This document shows positions 10,663 through 21,761 of a stretch of 64,000 bases of DNA, in pieces. The notes under the pieces are model-generated. The model worked only from the letters and a program-made list of their open reading frames with translations, searched no databases and was not told the origin of the DNA. The DNA lies in contig JAIVFI010000003.1 of NCBI GenBank assembly GCA_025558095.1, forward strand, positions 496,001-560,000, written 5' to 3'. Both the position numbers and the translations under genes were made by a program. The stretch comes from Hyaloraphidium curvatum SAG 235-1. Its lineage: Eukaryota > Fungi > Monoblepharomycota. Every line of letters begins with the position of its first letter. Within the stretch, counting starts at the first letter, position 1.

Positions 10663-13600
10663 CTACGCCGAGGCGATAAAGCCTGGCAGTCCGGGGACCG
10701 CCTTGTCCACTATCCGTTTTTCGTCCGCCGACAGACCATCGACCGGGCCGTCGACCTCGACCACGTCCAGAGAAACCAGGTTCAGCTGTTTGCAGATGTA
10801 GTCCATGTTGTCCTCGACCGTCTTGCGCTCGTCGAACTTGAGAGTCCGGTCCAGCGCGGCCACACCAGCAGTCTCGGTCTTTGACTGTCGAATGCGGGTG
10901 AGTGGAATCCTGGATTCTGCCAACTGAATAACATACCCGAGTCTCCATGGCGAAGGGAAAAGCCAGTTTCTCCTTCATCAGGCCGGCCTTGGCCAGGATC
11001 TCCTTGATGTCGCGCTTGAATGTGTTGGTGGACTCGTCGTACTCTTTGCGCAGCTCCTCCAGGACCTTGTCCTGCCACGCCGGGAAGCTCTTGGCGAGGT
11101 ACAGCTTGCCCTTGCGGGGACCCTTGGTCGCCTCCGCCTGTCCGCCTTTCTTGGCGGCCTTGCGCGCGGCGAGCGACTCGGCACTGCGGATCTCGCCGAG
11201 CAGACTGCGGAGGTAGTTTGCGGCCGCCATCACAGACTCGTCGTTTGGTTGCGGCTTGGGCAGGGGCTGGTCAAGAACCGTCGAAGGCTGGAAAAGGACA
11301 AAGTCAGTTCTGTGCCACGACCATCCCCCAAACACCGCGGCCTCAGGGGATCAGACAGTGTGAATGAACAATCCCACGAAGGCAGGGCCCCGTCAACCAA
11401 CAAGATATCGTCCTTTCCCAGCACTCCAACCGTAGTAGCACGTACCTTCTTCAGCACCTCCCGCCAAATGTACTCGCTCCAGTGCGGGGCAATCGGCGTC
11501 AGGAGCAGGGTCTGCCACTCGATGAACCGCTCAACGAGGTCCTTGTGCAGGCCGACAGCCGCATCGTCCCGGCTCATTGCCGAGCTCACGCTCAGGTTGT
11601 AGTCCCGGTACCAGTCCTTGGCGGCCTGGAACTCATACAGGCCGTTCTTCAGCGCCTCCTTGTACATCATGCCGTCGTATGCCTTGGCGGCCGCCTCGGC
11701 GAAGCGGTTCATCTCAGCCTCGAACACGCGGTCATTGAAGTTGTAGGGCCCGGTGCGGAGCTTGCCCTCGGCAATCTCCTGCAGCGCCTGCTCCACCCAT
11801 TCCTTCTGCGTGAACAGCCGGAGGATGGCGGCGTTGGCGTTCGCCACCTGGAAGTTGGCATCGTCCGAGAAATCGCCGGCGTCGGCCAGAGCAACACGCG
11901 TCGCATCGGCGCCAAACTCCTCGACCGCGTCCTCCAGGGTCATGAAGTTGCCCGTGGACTTGCTCATCTTCTCCGCGTTCAACAGCAGGTGGCCGTTGGA
12001 ACGGATGGCCTTGGGCCACTTCTCCTCCGGGAAGATTGCCACGTGGTTGTAGATGGCAAAGGTCAGGTGGTTCGGGATCAGGTCCTTGCCCGAGCACCGC
12101 AAGTCCATGGGATACCAGTACTGGAACTCGTTCCGCAGCGTCTCCAGCTTCTCCTTCGGGATATCACTGGAGCTGGGGAAGGGCGCCGAGTCTATCAGGA
12201 TGTACTCCCAGACCTCGTCCGTCATCTGCTCGGGGGTGATGCCGAGTGGTCCAGGCTTGGAGCCGTCCAGCGTGCCCTCTGCGCGGAAGCTCTCTTTCAG
12301 AACGGAAGCTGCGCCTACACATGACCAGTAACTTACGGTGCAGGAGGTGCGAAACAGTGTAGTACGCCATGTAGATGGTAGAATCGGACAAGCTCTCGAT
12401 GAGCCACTCCTTGTCCCACGGCAGCCTGCTGCCCAGCCCGAAGCTCCTCGAGCACGCCCATTCGTGCAGCCACCCGAGGACGCTGACGAACTGGTTCCGG
12501 GTCTCTTCGCCGTACGTGTTCAACCTGTCCAGGCACTTGCGCGCGAGGTCCTTCCAGCTCTGCTCGCCGTAGTCGAGGTACCACTGATCGACCAGCGCGG
12601 CAACGCACTCGTCTCCCGAGCGCGACATGACGAGGTTCTCGGGCTCGCAGTATACGATGGCTTCACCGCTTGCCACCATGTCGTCCTTGATCAGCGGCTT
12701 CGCGTCTTGAACGGGCCTGCGCGAGACAGCACGTTAGTGGTGCGGTCAGGACTTCCTCCCCCCGCGCCAGCCAGAGTGCGATCAGAACGTCTTAATCTCC
12801 CCACAAGGTTTCGGAAGAACGAAAGTTATTTTTGAATGTGTCTCATCGTGTCGCCGCTGTGCCCGGTCCGGTCCCCACGATCACTCACTTTCCCTTGTAC
12901 TTGCCGATCAGCATGGTGCCGCCATAGAACCCGACCTTGTAGACTGCCTCCTTTGCCTGCGTAAGCTGCAGCTTGTCTTTCGGACTCTTGATCTTGAAGA
13001 TCTCGCAGGCCTTGACCGCGGCCAGGGTGCCGTACTCGGGCGTGTCGATAATCTCAATCGGGGGAAGGAACGGCTCGACCCAGGACGGATCGACGTTGTA
13101 GTAGGCCGGCTTCTTGACCAGGTCTGTCAGGGTGATGAAGTCGTCCGGCGAATCCGAAGGCACGGAGGTGACAACGCCGGTACCCTGTAGGCGAAAACTT
13201 TAGGACGACGGACACCAGACAACCGCCGCCCACCCACCTTCGTGCTCAGAACACCCTCCATCGGCACGACATAGACCTTCTCGTACTTCGTCAGCGGTGC
13301 CTTGATGGGCACTCCCACCAGATCCCAGCCGGTCAGTTCGAGCACCTTCTCCACCTCTCCGCGCGCTCGGTCCCTCCCAAACAAGCTCTGGTAGGCCATG
13401 TTCCTCGCAGCCCTCTCCGTGACGATCCAATACTCGTCTCTGTCGGCCGCGTGGGCCTTGTAGACACCGTATGTGATGTCAGGACCCACGTAGCAGTTGG
13501 TCTGGCCGTACATGGTCTCGGGCCTCAGCGTGGCCGCGACAAGGTAGACCTTGGCATCCCGCCCCATGGAGCCTTCAAGCATCTCCTTCGCCAGCTTCTC

Positions 13601-14643
13601 GCCGACCTTCTTGCCCTTGACCTGGAAGCCGCCTTCGGCCCCCATGGTGAATAGGTCCTCGTTGAGCACACGGATCTTGATCCCCGTGTACTCCTGCACG
13701 CCCACGCCTTCGCCGCTTTGGCGATCGTGGTCCATACACGGTTGCCCGTCCAGCGGAGAGTAGATCGTGTAGCGCTCGCCGAACTTGACCTTCTTCGGCT
13801 CCAGGGCGTTCAGCTTGTTGAACTGCCACCGGATGAACGAGTCGTAGTACGGGTTCGCGTCCGTGGTAATGAAGCTGCGACGCCAATCGTTCTTGATGCC
13901 CAGAGCTTTCAGATCCTCGATGGCCAGAGGAGGGAAGTAGTACAGCCAGTGGGTCGGGTCGGCAAACTTCGGGATCTCCTCCAGCGGCACGCCCATCGAC
14001 AGCATGATCTGGAACTGGTACTGAACGTTACCCGTCTTGGCCAGAACCTTGGACTTCTTAGGGGCCGCAGGTCCGTTTGCGGTAGCGTCAGCGTCATCTG
14101 GAGATCGTAGATCAAGCATGGCTCGATGTCGGCTCGTCTTCCAATTACCCACCTCTATCCTCGGGAACCTTAAACTCCGGGCCAAACATCTCGAGTTCGC
14201 GCTTGATCTTGTCGGCGGAGGCCTGCGAACGGGGATTCAGCAATACAGCAGGTCTCGACGACTGTGGCCCACCTTGATCGGCATGCCGGTGCAGTGGAAA
14301 CCGAAAGGGAATAGAGACTTCTTTCCCTTCATCCGCTCGTAAGACACGGCGAATTCCACCTTGCTGAGCGAGAAAGAGTGCCCGAGATGGAGCTTGCCGT
14401 TCATGTACGGGTAGGGGAACGTTGCCATGAACTTTGGCGGCCGCTCCTCTCCCGCGGCCGGCGCATCGATCTCGAAGACGCGCTCCTCGGCCCAGAGGGC
14501 CTGAATACGGCGCTCAATGGCGCGGAGGGTGTCCCTCTTGATGGTCTGCCGGCAAGATCGCTTCTAGTTTGGGTCCTCCTCCTTTGCGGCTGCAAACCCA
14601 CCGACTTGACCTCTGGGAGGCCAGCTTTTTCCTTTTCAGCCAT
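10663..14643 (-). CDS. CDC60: Cytosolic leucyl-tRNA synthetase, multi-exon
   Basis: [16 protein letters not shown] (HIGH motif), [10 protein letters not shown] (KMSKS), editing domain [15 protein letters not shown] and [30 protein letters not shown]. Confidence 0.97.
11347..11419 (-). ncRNA. Candidate intronic box C/D snoRNA, target not identified
   Basis: In the 158-nt LeuRS intron 11288-11445. GGGA/TCCC terminal stem, C-like AGGACGA, C'-like GTGGGAT and box D CTGA; same layout as the 12778-12854 snoRNA. Confidence 0.55.
12778..12854 (-). ncRNA. Intronic box C/D snoRNA, snR54/SNORD59-like (18S rRNA 2'-O-methylation guide)
   Basis: Lies in an unusually long (~170 nt) LeuRS intron. Terminal stem GCGA/TCGC, box C ACGATGA, D' CCGA, box D CTGA. 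The guide TAACTTTCGTTCTT is complementary to the conserved 18S sequence AAGAACGAAAGTTA. Confidence 0.85.
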
Positions 14644-14951
14644 CTCGGCAGCTACCGCGGCGCGGATACTATTGGCGGCGGAGTGCTGGGGGCGTGAACC
14701 CCGTGGGAAGTAGAGAGAGGGTGGCGCGGTTGCAGGTCCACGGGGCGCGCTGCGAGGCGCAACGGAGCGGGCAAATGCGGCACAGCGGTAAAAGAACGCT
14801 GGGCCGCGGGTCATGCAACCCGCTCAGACGCGCATCGGCCTTCCGAAGGAGCCGGAGCGACTGAAAACAAACGAAGCGCGTCCAGGTTCCGATCGTGATC
14901 GCCGCGCCGCCCGCGCGCAACCCACCTGCTCCGCGTTGATATCTCCGCCCG

Positions 14952-16917
14952 ATGAGCGCGCCTCCGGGCTATCAAGGCGCACCACCGCCCGGCTACGCGC
15001 CTGCATATCCTCCTCCACCGCCTCCGGGGACCGGTTATGGGACTTCCGCGCCGCCTTCGTACGCCCCGGGCCCGCCGACAGCAGGCCCCGCAGAGCCCGT
15101 CTCGTGCGTTCACCATGGAGCTTGGACCCTCCTCCACAATCTTAACCCTCGTCGACGACAGCAAAGTTGAACTCAGATTCAGCTGCGAGAACCTGCCCAA
15201 CTTGGACGTGACATCGAAGAGTGATCCCCAAATCTTCGTTTTCCTAAAGACTCTGCTCCCGGGCCAGCTGGGCCAGACCGCCCGGGAGGCGTTTGTGGAG
15301 CTTGGCCGGACGGAAGTCGTCAAGGACAGCTTGAATCCTCGGTTCTCGACGCCATGCGTCATGGACTACTACTTCGAAGCTGTGCAGAACTTGCGCGTGG
15401 TCGTCGTGGACTCCGATAGCTCCAACCCTTCGGCCGGCTTGACTGCCCATGATTTCCTTGGGTACTGCGACGTGACCGCCGGTGAGAGTCGGGGAACTGT
15501 GCGAAAGCCTCATTGGCCAAAGTGTGACCTAAGCCGCAGGGAACATTGTCGCCTCGGGAAAGGCTAGCGCTTTCGAGCGCAAGCTTACGATGCAGGTTCC
15601 GCCAGGCATGTCCGTCAAACCGCCTTCTACTGCTCTCGTGAACCGGGGCGGGACCCTCAAGATTCAGGTGGAGGAGCTGGACGTCAACGGGGCCAAGCAG
15701 TCGGTCGTGCTCCGGCTGAGGGGATCCAAGCTCGATAAGAAAGACATGTTTGGAAAGTCCGACCCGTTTCTGGTCATTTCCAAGGCGAGGCCGGACGGTT
15801 CCTTTGCGGTCGTGCACAAGACCGAGGTGATCAAGAACACGCTGGACCCCACCTGGCAACCGCAGCGGCTGAAGATGGACGTGCTCTGCGGGGGCGACGT
15901 GAACCGGATGCTGCGCTTCGAGTGCTTCGATTGGGACAAGGACGGCACCCACGACCTGATTGGCATCTTTCAGGCTCCGCTGTCGGCCGTGACGCGCGGT
16001 GCAAGTTTCGCGCTCATCGAGCCCAAGAAGCAGGCCAAGAAGGGCAAATCGTACACCAACTCGGGAACCATCATTGTGGACGACGTACAATTCCACCGGG
16101 AGTTTTCGTTCCTGGACTACATCACCGCGGGAACGCAGATCGAGCTGGCAGTGTCCATAGACATGACTCAGAGCAACGGGGATCCGAACCATCCGGCCAG
16201 CCTACACTACCGCAACCCGAATCCCCGGATCCCGAATCCGTACCAGATGGCCATAACTGCGATTGGACAGGTGCTCGAGCCCTACGACGCCGACGGGCGG
16301 TTCCTTGCTTACGGCTACGGCGCGAAACTGCCGGACCAATCTGTCAGTCATTTTTTCCCTCTAGGGCTGGCGGCGGGGCCCGAGGTGCAGGGCGTGCCGG
16401 GCCTTTTGGACGCCTACAACCGGGCCCTTGGCACCGTGCAGCTCTGGGGCCCGACCAACTTCTCGAACACCATCAACGCCATTGGGGCTTGGGCCAGAGG
16501 ACCCAATCCTGGCGAGACTGTGCTCTCCCGCTATTGTATCCTCCTGATCATCACGGACGGTGCGATTACCGATCTTGACCAGACAATTCGGGCCATTGTG
16601 GACGCCTCCTACCAGGCCCTGTCGATCATCATCGTCGGCGTCGGGAATGCGGACTTCTCGACAATGGACGCGCTTGACAGCGACGATAGGAAGCTGCAAA
16701 GCGGTGGGAAAGTTGCGGAGCGCGACATTGTCCAGTTTGTCCCTTTCCGGTGAGCCTGAACCCGTGGTACTCGAATGCCTAGCGTGATTTTCGCATCATT
16801 GGCAGCCGCTTTAATCCCAACGACTTCCATGCCCTTTCGACCGTGACGCTGAAGGAGGTGCCGGGGCAGTTCATGGCATATGTTGGGACAAGGGGGCTGA
16901 AGCCTTTTGGGGCGTGA
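14952..16917 (+). CDS. Copine (C2A-C2B-vWA), paralog 1; introns 15104-15161, 15482-15539, 16750-16805
   Basis: KVELRFSCENLPNLDVTSKSDP, LDKKDMFGKSDPF, IDMTQSNG, ILLIITDG, SIIIVGVG, RDIVQFVPFR. Confidence 0.95.
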
Positions 16918-17459
16918 TTGTGTCGCAGCTGGTTTGTGACGCGAGCTCGACGGCACGGTACGGGCTTCACGCGTGCCTTTCTTCCTCGATCTCCCCGCCT
17001 GTTCTTGGCCTAGAGTGGCGGCAGGAACGACCCCCGTCGCCGTCCTTCGTGTGGGGAGATCTGCGCGACGTGCTTGTCCGACGTGCATGGCCTAACGCAG
17101 CCAAATGTAAGCTATGATCATGTACGGACGTCCACTCGCGTCCTCACTCTCGACCCGGCGGTCGAACCAGCGCAGGTTGGGCGGCCGAATGTGATTGGAG
17201 GGGCGGCGCCAGCGCGCTCGACCCCCTCCTCTGCCCCTGCTGGCCTGCGCCAGCACATCAGAGGCCCCGCTGCTAGCCAGCGAGCCTATCCATCCCTCTG
17301 GGTCTCCCCGGCGCGAGTGAACTGTGCGAACCCTCGTCGGGCTCGGATTAGCAGGTGGAAGACATATAGCAGACGTTTCTGTGATCGCGGCTGCATCACA
17401 GTGATCGGACTGATGCACGGACGACGCGCCACGTGCGGACGCGACGAGCACAGCGAACG

Positions 17460-18002
17460 ATGCTCTATCGCCTATTTAGTTTGGGCTTTTCGTTCGGCGT
17501 CTACTACGCCGCGTCCTTGCCGCTTTCCTTGGCGCTTGTTTTGCGCACCGTGGAAATGCTTCCCGCGAATCCGAACCCTCCGGATCACCGTCCTGGAGCT
17601 TCTCTACAGCGGACACAGACGAGCACGGGCTTTCGCAGCCTGGATCGAACTTTCAAAAGGACCCCGACGCGCTCGTCGACAATCACGGGGAATGAGCCCG
17701 CTCCGTCGATTATCCAAATCGTGTTCGAAGAGGTCGCAAGGCAGTTTGTCGATGTCATGCTGCTGTCAATGGGCACGATTGCAGCGAGCACGGCCGCGGT
17801 CGCCCTTTTGAGCACGACTGTCGTGAGCCCAGTCATCTCCATTGGCCTCCTGTCAGTTTCTCCGCGTCGGGACGACGGCTCCATCACCATCAACGGGAGA
17901 TTTCCGGTCGCCATGCTTGCGGCTGGCCTGGTTTTGGGTCCCGGGATAGCCTGGGTGCGTTCCATGATGGCGAACCAGGGGGAACCGACAAAGAAACAGT
18001 AA
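17460..18002 (+). CDS. Small hydrophobic (about three TM segments) protein of unknown function
   Basis: Intronless ORF with hydrophobic segments; no recognisable motif. Confidence 0.4.
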   Translation: MLYRLFSLGFSFGVYYAASLPLSLALVLRTVEMLPANPNPPDHRPGASLQRTQTSTGFRSLDRTFKRTPTRSSTITGNEPAPSIIQIVFEEVARQFVDVMLLSMGTIAASTAAVALLSTTVVSPVISIGLLSVSPRRDDGSITINGRFPVAMLAAGLVLGPGIAWVRSMMANQGEPTKKQ

Positions 18003-18108
18003 GGCTCGAAACGTTCAAACAGCATTCCAATTTCGATTGATGCAATGCGATTGATGCAATGAATGGCATGTCTAGTGTCTCTTTGCGATGTACAGATGTC
18101 TGGAAAGA

Positions 18109-20375
18109 TCACATTCCCACCAATGTGTTCAGTGCCGAGTGCACCTCGGACGGGTCGTCCTGGTGGCCCTCGGCCGTGTCCGTCAGCGCCTCGACTTGTG
18201 CCGAGTGGAAGTTGATGCCCTGAGCGGGCGGCAACTCGTGACCGTAGTTGATTGTTGCAGAGACGCGCCGCATGTACGCCTGCAGGGGATGTCGGTCGAT
18301 CTCGATCGGGGGTCGCGGTAGGACAAGATCGAGTCCAACTCACCTTCCAGCTGTCGCTGCCGCCCTCCCTGCCTCCACCGCTCTCCTTTTCCCCGCCAAA
18401 GGCACTCCCAATCTCGGTCCCGCTCGTGGGAACGTTGACGTTGACGATGCCGCAGTCGGAGCCCATCACAGAGGTGAAACGGAACGAGGCCCGCATGTTG
18501 GTGGTAAAGAGCGCCGACGCCAGGCCCTGGGGCACCGAGTTGTTGATTTGGATCGCCTCGTCAAGTTTCTGCAGTGTGGCGAGCAGTTTAGAGGAATGAT
18601 AGTCACGCCGGTCCAAGACGTCAACGAACCTTGAACTTGGCGGTGTAGAGAATGGGAGCAAACGTTTCGCGCTGCACAATGAGCGCGAAAGGGTCGATCT
18701 TGATGATGGCGGGCCTGACAAAGAGGCCACCCTTGAGGTCGCCAGGGAGCTCCAGCACGTCACCGCCAAAGATGACCTCCCCGCCCTCCTTCTTGGCCTG
18801 CTCGATGGTCGCACGGAATTGGTCCACCGACTCGGGCTTGTGCAGCGGGCCGCACATGGTCCGGGGCTCCAGAGGGTCGCCAATACGGATCTGACGGTAG
18901 GCGTGGACGAGGGATTCAACAAAGGCGTCGTACGAGCTCTGCTGGACAAGCAGGCGGCGAGTCGATGTGCAACGCTGGCCGGTGCTCCCGATGGCGGAAA
19001 AGACGGTGCCACGCAGGGCAAGGGCCATGTCTGCGTCGTCCATGACAACTGGAGAACGAACGGTCAGCGATCACGGCGGTGAGGAATGCGGGGCAGAACC
19101 AACTGATGGCGTTGTTGCCGCCCAGCTGGAGCACCGTCCTGCCGAACCGCTCCTGGACGACCACGCCGACGTTGCGGCCCACAGCGGTGCTCCCCGTGAA
19201 GCTGACAAGCTTGTAGCGATCGTCCCGGCACAGGGCTTCGCCGATGTCGGCCGTGCCGGTACACAGCGAAGCGACCGCGGGGTCGACCTTGTGGCCGATC
19301 AGGACTTTGGAGATGAGCTTGGTCATGGCGATGGCAACGAGGTTGGTGGAGAGCGCGGGCTTCCAAACGGTGGTGTTGCCGCAGACGAGGGCGACGGACA
19401 TGTTCCACCCATAAACAGCGCAGGGGGAGTTGAAGCTGGATAGCGTTTTTGCGTCCATCAATGCGAGTGGCGGGGACCGCGGGCCCGCGCGACCCACGTT
19501 GTGATGATGCCGACCACTCCGAGCGGGTGGTAAGCCTCCAGGAGAAGGTGCTGCTTGCGCTCGCTGGGGAGCGTTTTGCCCTCGAGCTTCCTGCTCAGCC
19601 CCAGTGCGAGCTCGGTCATGTCGATAAACTCCTGGACCTCGCTCTCGGCTTCCGCGAGAAGCTTGCCGACCTCGAGAGAGATGAGCCTTGCCAGCTTCGG
19701 CTTGTGGAGGCGCAAGGTAGCGCCAATGTCGCGCACAACAGCACCGCGGGTCGGCATGGGGGTCTAAAGGTGGAACGGTCGAGGACACCGGCGGTCAGCT
19801 GTCAGTTCACACGCAAAAGCCGAAATCAGGTAAAGGCTCCCGAGAGCAGCAATGTCCGGAGCTCCGGAGCTGGACCACTCAAATCAACGCTCCCAGCTTT
19901 AGCTCATTGGACCCCTGCCGTCGTGGCGTCCCTGATTCCGTCAGCAACCCACCCGCTTCCAGCGATCCCACGCCGCGCGTGCCCGCTTGGAGACCGCGTC
20001 AAGATCCTCCTTGCTGCCCGTTGCAACCTCGGCGATCACGCGGCCCGTGCTCGGGTTCAGGCAAAAGACGCGCTCCCCGCTGCCCCGCCATTCGCCGTCG
20101 AACACGCCCTGGTTCGCCTCTGCCAGGCCCAACGAGGACAGCAGCTCCGCGTGGTGGGCGTACTCCGAGACCAGGGTATCCGATGGCGGGACGGCGGCGT
20201 AGCCGCGGACGGCGGGCCTCGCCGGGGCGGGCGCGATGCGGGGCACCTGGCGAGGCCGGCCGGCCGCGGCCCACGGCCTCGCGGGCGCCGCCGCCGCCGC
20301 ATGCAGTGTGCGAGCAGCAACCCGCGACGGGATGCGCAGCAGCCGCGACGCGGCAGTCGTCCGCGGGAGGGACAT
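18109..20375 (-). CDS. ALDH7A1: Aldehyde dehydrogenase family 7 (antiquitin / alpha-aminoadipic semialdehyde dehydrogenase), with mitochondrial-type presequence
   Basis: EVQEFID, LPSER, FNSPCAVYGWN, SFTGSTAVG, LQLGGNNA, GSTGQRCTSTRRL, SDCGIVNVN, EIGSAFGGEKESGGGRE; Arg/Ala-rich N-terminus. Confidence 0.93.
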
Positions 20376-21020
20376 GGTGGGCGGGGCGAATGAGTCAGGT
20401 GGCGTGAGTCGACGGGGCGTCGCGAGGGACAGGGACGCAACCGTACCGGCACAATTGCGTGCCATCAACATCGATTTGCATGTAGTACAGTAGAAACATC
20501 TCCCTATTTGTCCGAGCGGAGGGCTCCGGGGAGCGGTGATCGCTCTTACAGTAGCAGCTTGCCGAGTCGATCGCTCACCATCAGTGGCCCGATCCAGTGG
20601 AAGCGTGAGCAGGGTGAAACTTTGCTGTTTGCTTACGACGAAGCTCTGGGCCGAAAGAGTAGCCGGAAAGAGCGCAGTGCTAAAGCAGCTGGTCGAGGAT
20701 ATCGCTGAACCATCTGGAGGCTCCGAAACGCGTTTCCCGGAGAGCGGACGGCATTAAAGTCGGTCCAGAGCAACGCTCTTGGCTCAATCCAGCGATAGGA
20801 GCCCTTGTCGGCCGCGATTGACAAACGAGTGGCACCTCAGCACGAGTTGCACCTCAGCCCGACGACGCCGAGAACGGGAGTCCACAAGCTCCGGGCCCCC
20901 ATGAATCCACTGCAATACGCTGAATTCGCGTGTGAAGGTCAATTTCGACGCGACGCGACGCGGATTGACAGGGGGAAACGCGTGCGAAGTCGCGGCATCT
21001 CGTCCCCGTCCCCGCGACGC

Positions 21021-21586
21021 CACGGTCATTTCCATCCCGGGACTCCGAGGCCCGCTCCAACCCGGACGCCGGACGCCGTCCTGCGGCGACCTTCCGGCCC
21101 CGCCCGACCCCTCCGGACGGCCCGGCGGCGCCGTCATCATGAGCAGCGGTGGATTGAGGGCTGCTGCGCACCCAAAAATACGGCTCCCCCCAGAAGCTCG
21201 GGGCCCCGGACGGCAACAAATGCACCGCCCGCACCAAAGATTTTGCCCATCCTCTCGGCCTATTGGCTAAGATCAAGTGTAGTATCTGTTCTATATAGGT
21301 GCGTCCGCCGCGCCGCGCCGCTCCAGCAACCGCTCATCCCGCGCCCCACCGCAGATTTATGTCTATATCGAAGGTCACTGACCTTCGTTGCATAATGTTT
21401 CTTTTTGGCAACGGCGGTGTCGCTGGGCTTGCTCAGCAGCCGCCCGGATGGCTCCCGTATAGCACTCTCTCGGGCTGCTGTCCAGCTTTCTTTTCTTCGT
21501 GCTGGCAAAGACGCAAACGAACGAAGCCCGATGGGGCCGGCCTGCCGCGGCGGCCCGAAACTGGACAGGAACCGTTCACTGCTCTC
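21021..21586. repeat. Inverted copy of 5645-6212 (U2 transcription unit)
   Basis: Reverse-complement identity with 5645-6212. Confidence 0.95.
21249..21486 (+). ncRNA. U2: U2 spliceosomal snRNA, copy 2, with a 56-nt spliceosomal intron (21299-21354)
   Basis: Conserved U2 5' end; intron GTGCGT...GCTCAT...CCGCAG. The spliced ~182-nt product forms IIa (ATATAG/CTATAT), IIb (CGAAGGTC/GACCTTCG), stem III and stem IV with an ATAGCAC loop. Confidence 0.95.
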
Positions 21587-21761
21587 GTTGTCGTAGAGAA
21601 ATGGTGCTACGTGCCCTCGTTGGATGGGCTGTCCGTGCTGTTGTCGGGGGGCCGGGTTGCGAATGCGCTCGAGCCGCACGAGGTTGGCGTTTCTTCGTAT
21701 TTGATGAATGAGCAACTTCCATGTTTCATATTCAAAAAGCAATACAAATGTGGCAGCCAAA

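Noticed and set aside
11360-11378. Similarity to the 25S A-loop region (GGATTGTTCA) in a LeuRS intron
   Set aside because: It is sense to rRNA on the host strand, so it cannot act as a guide; probably chance.
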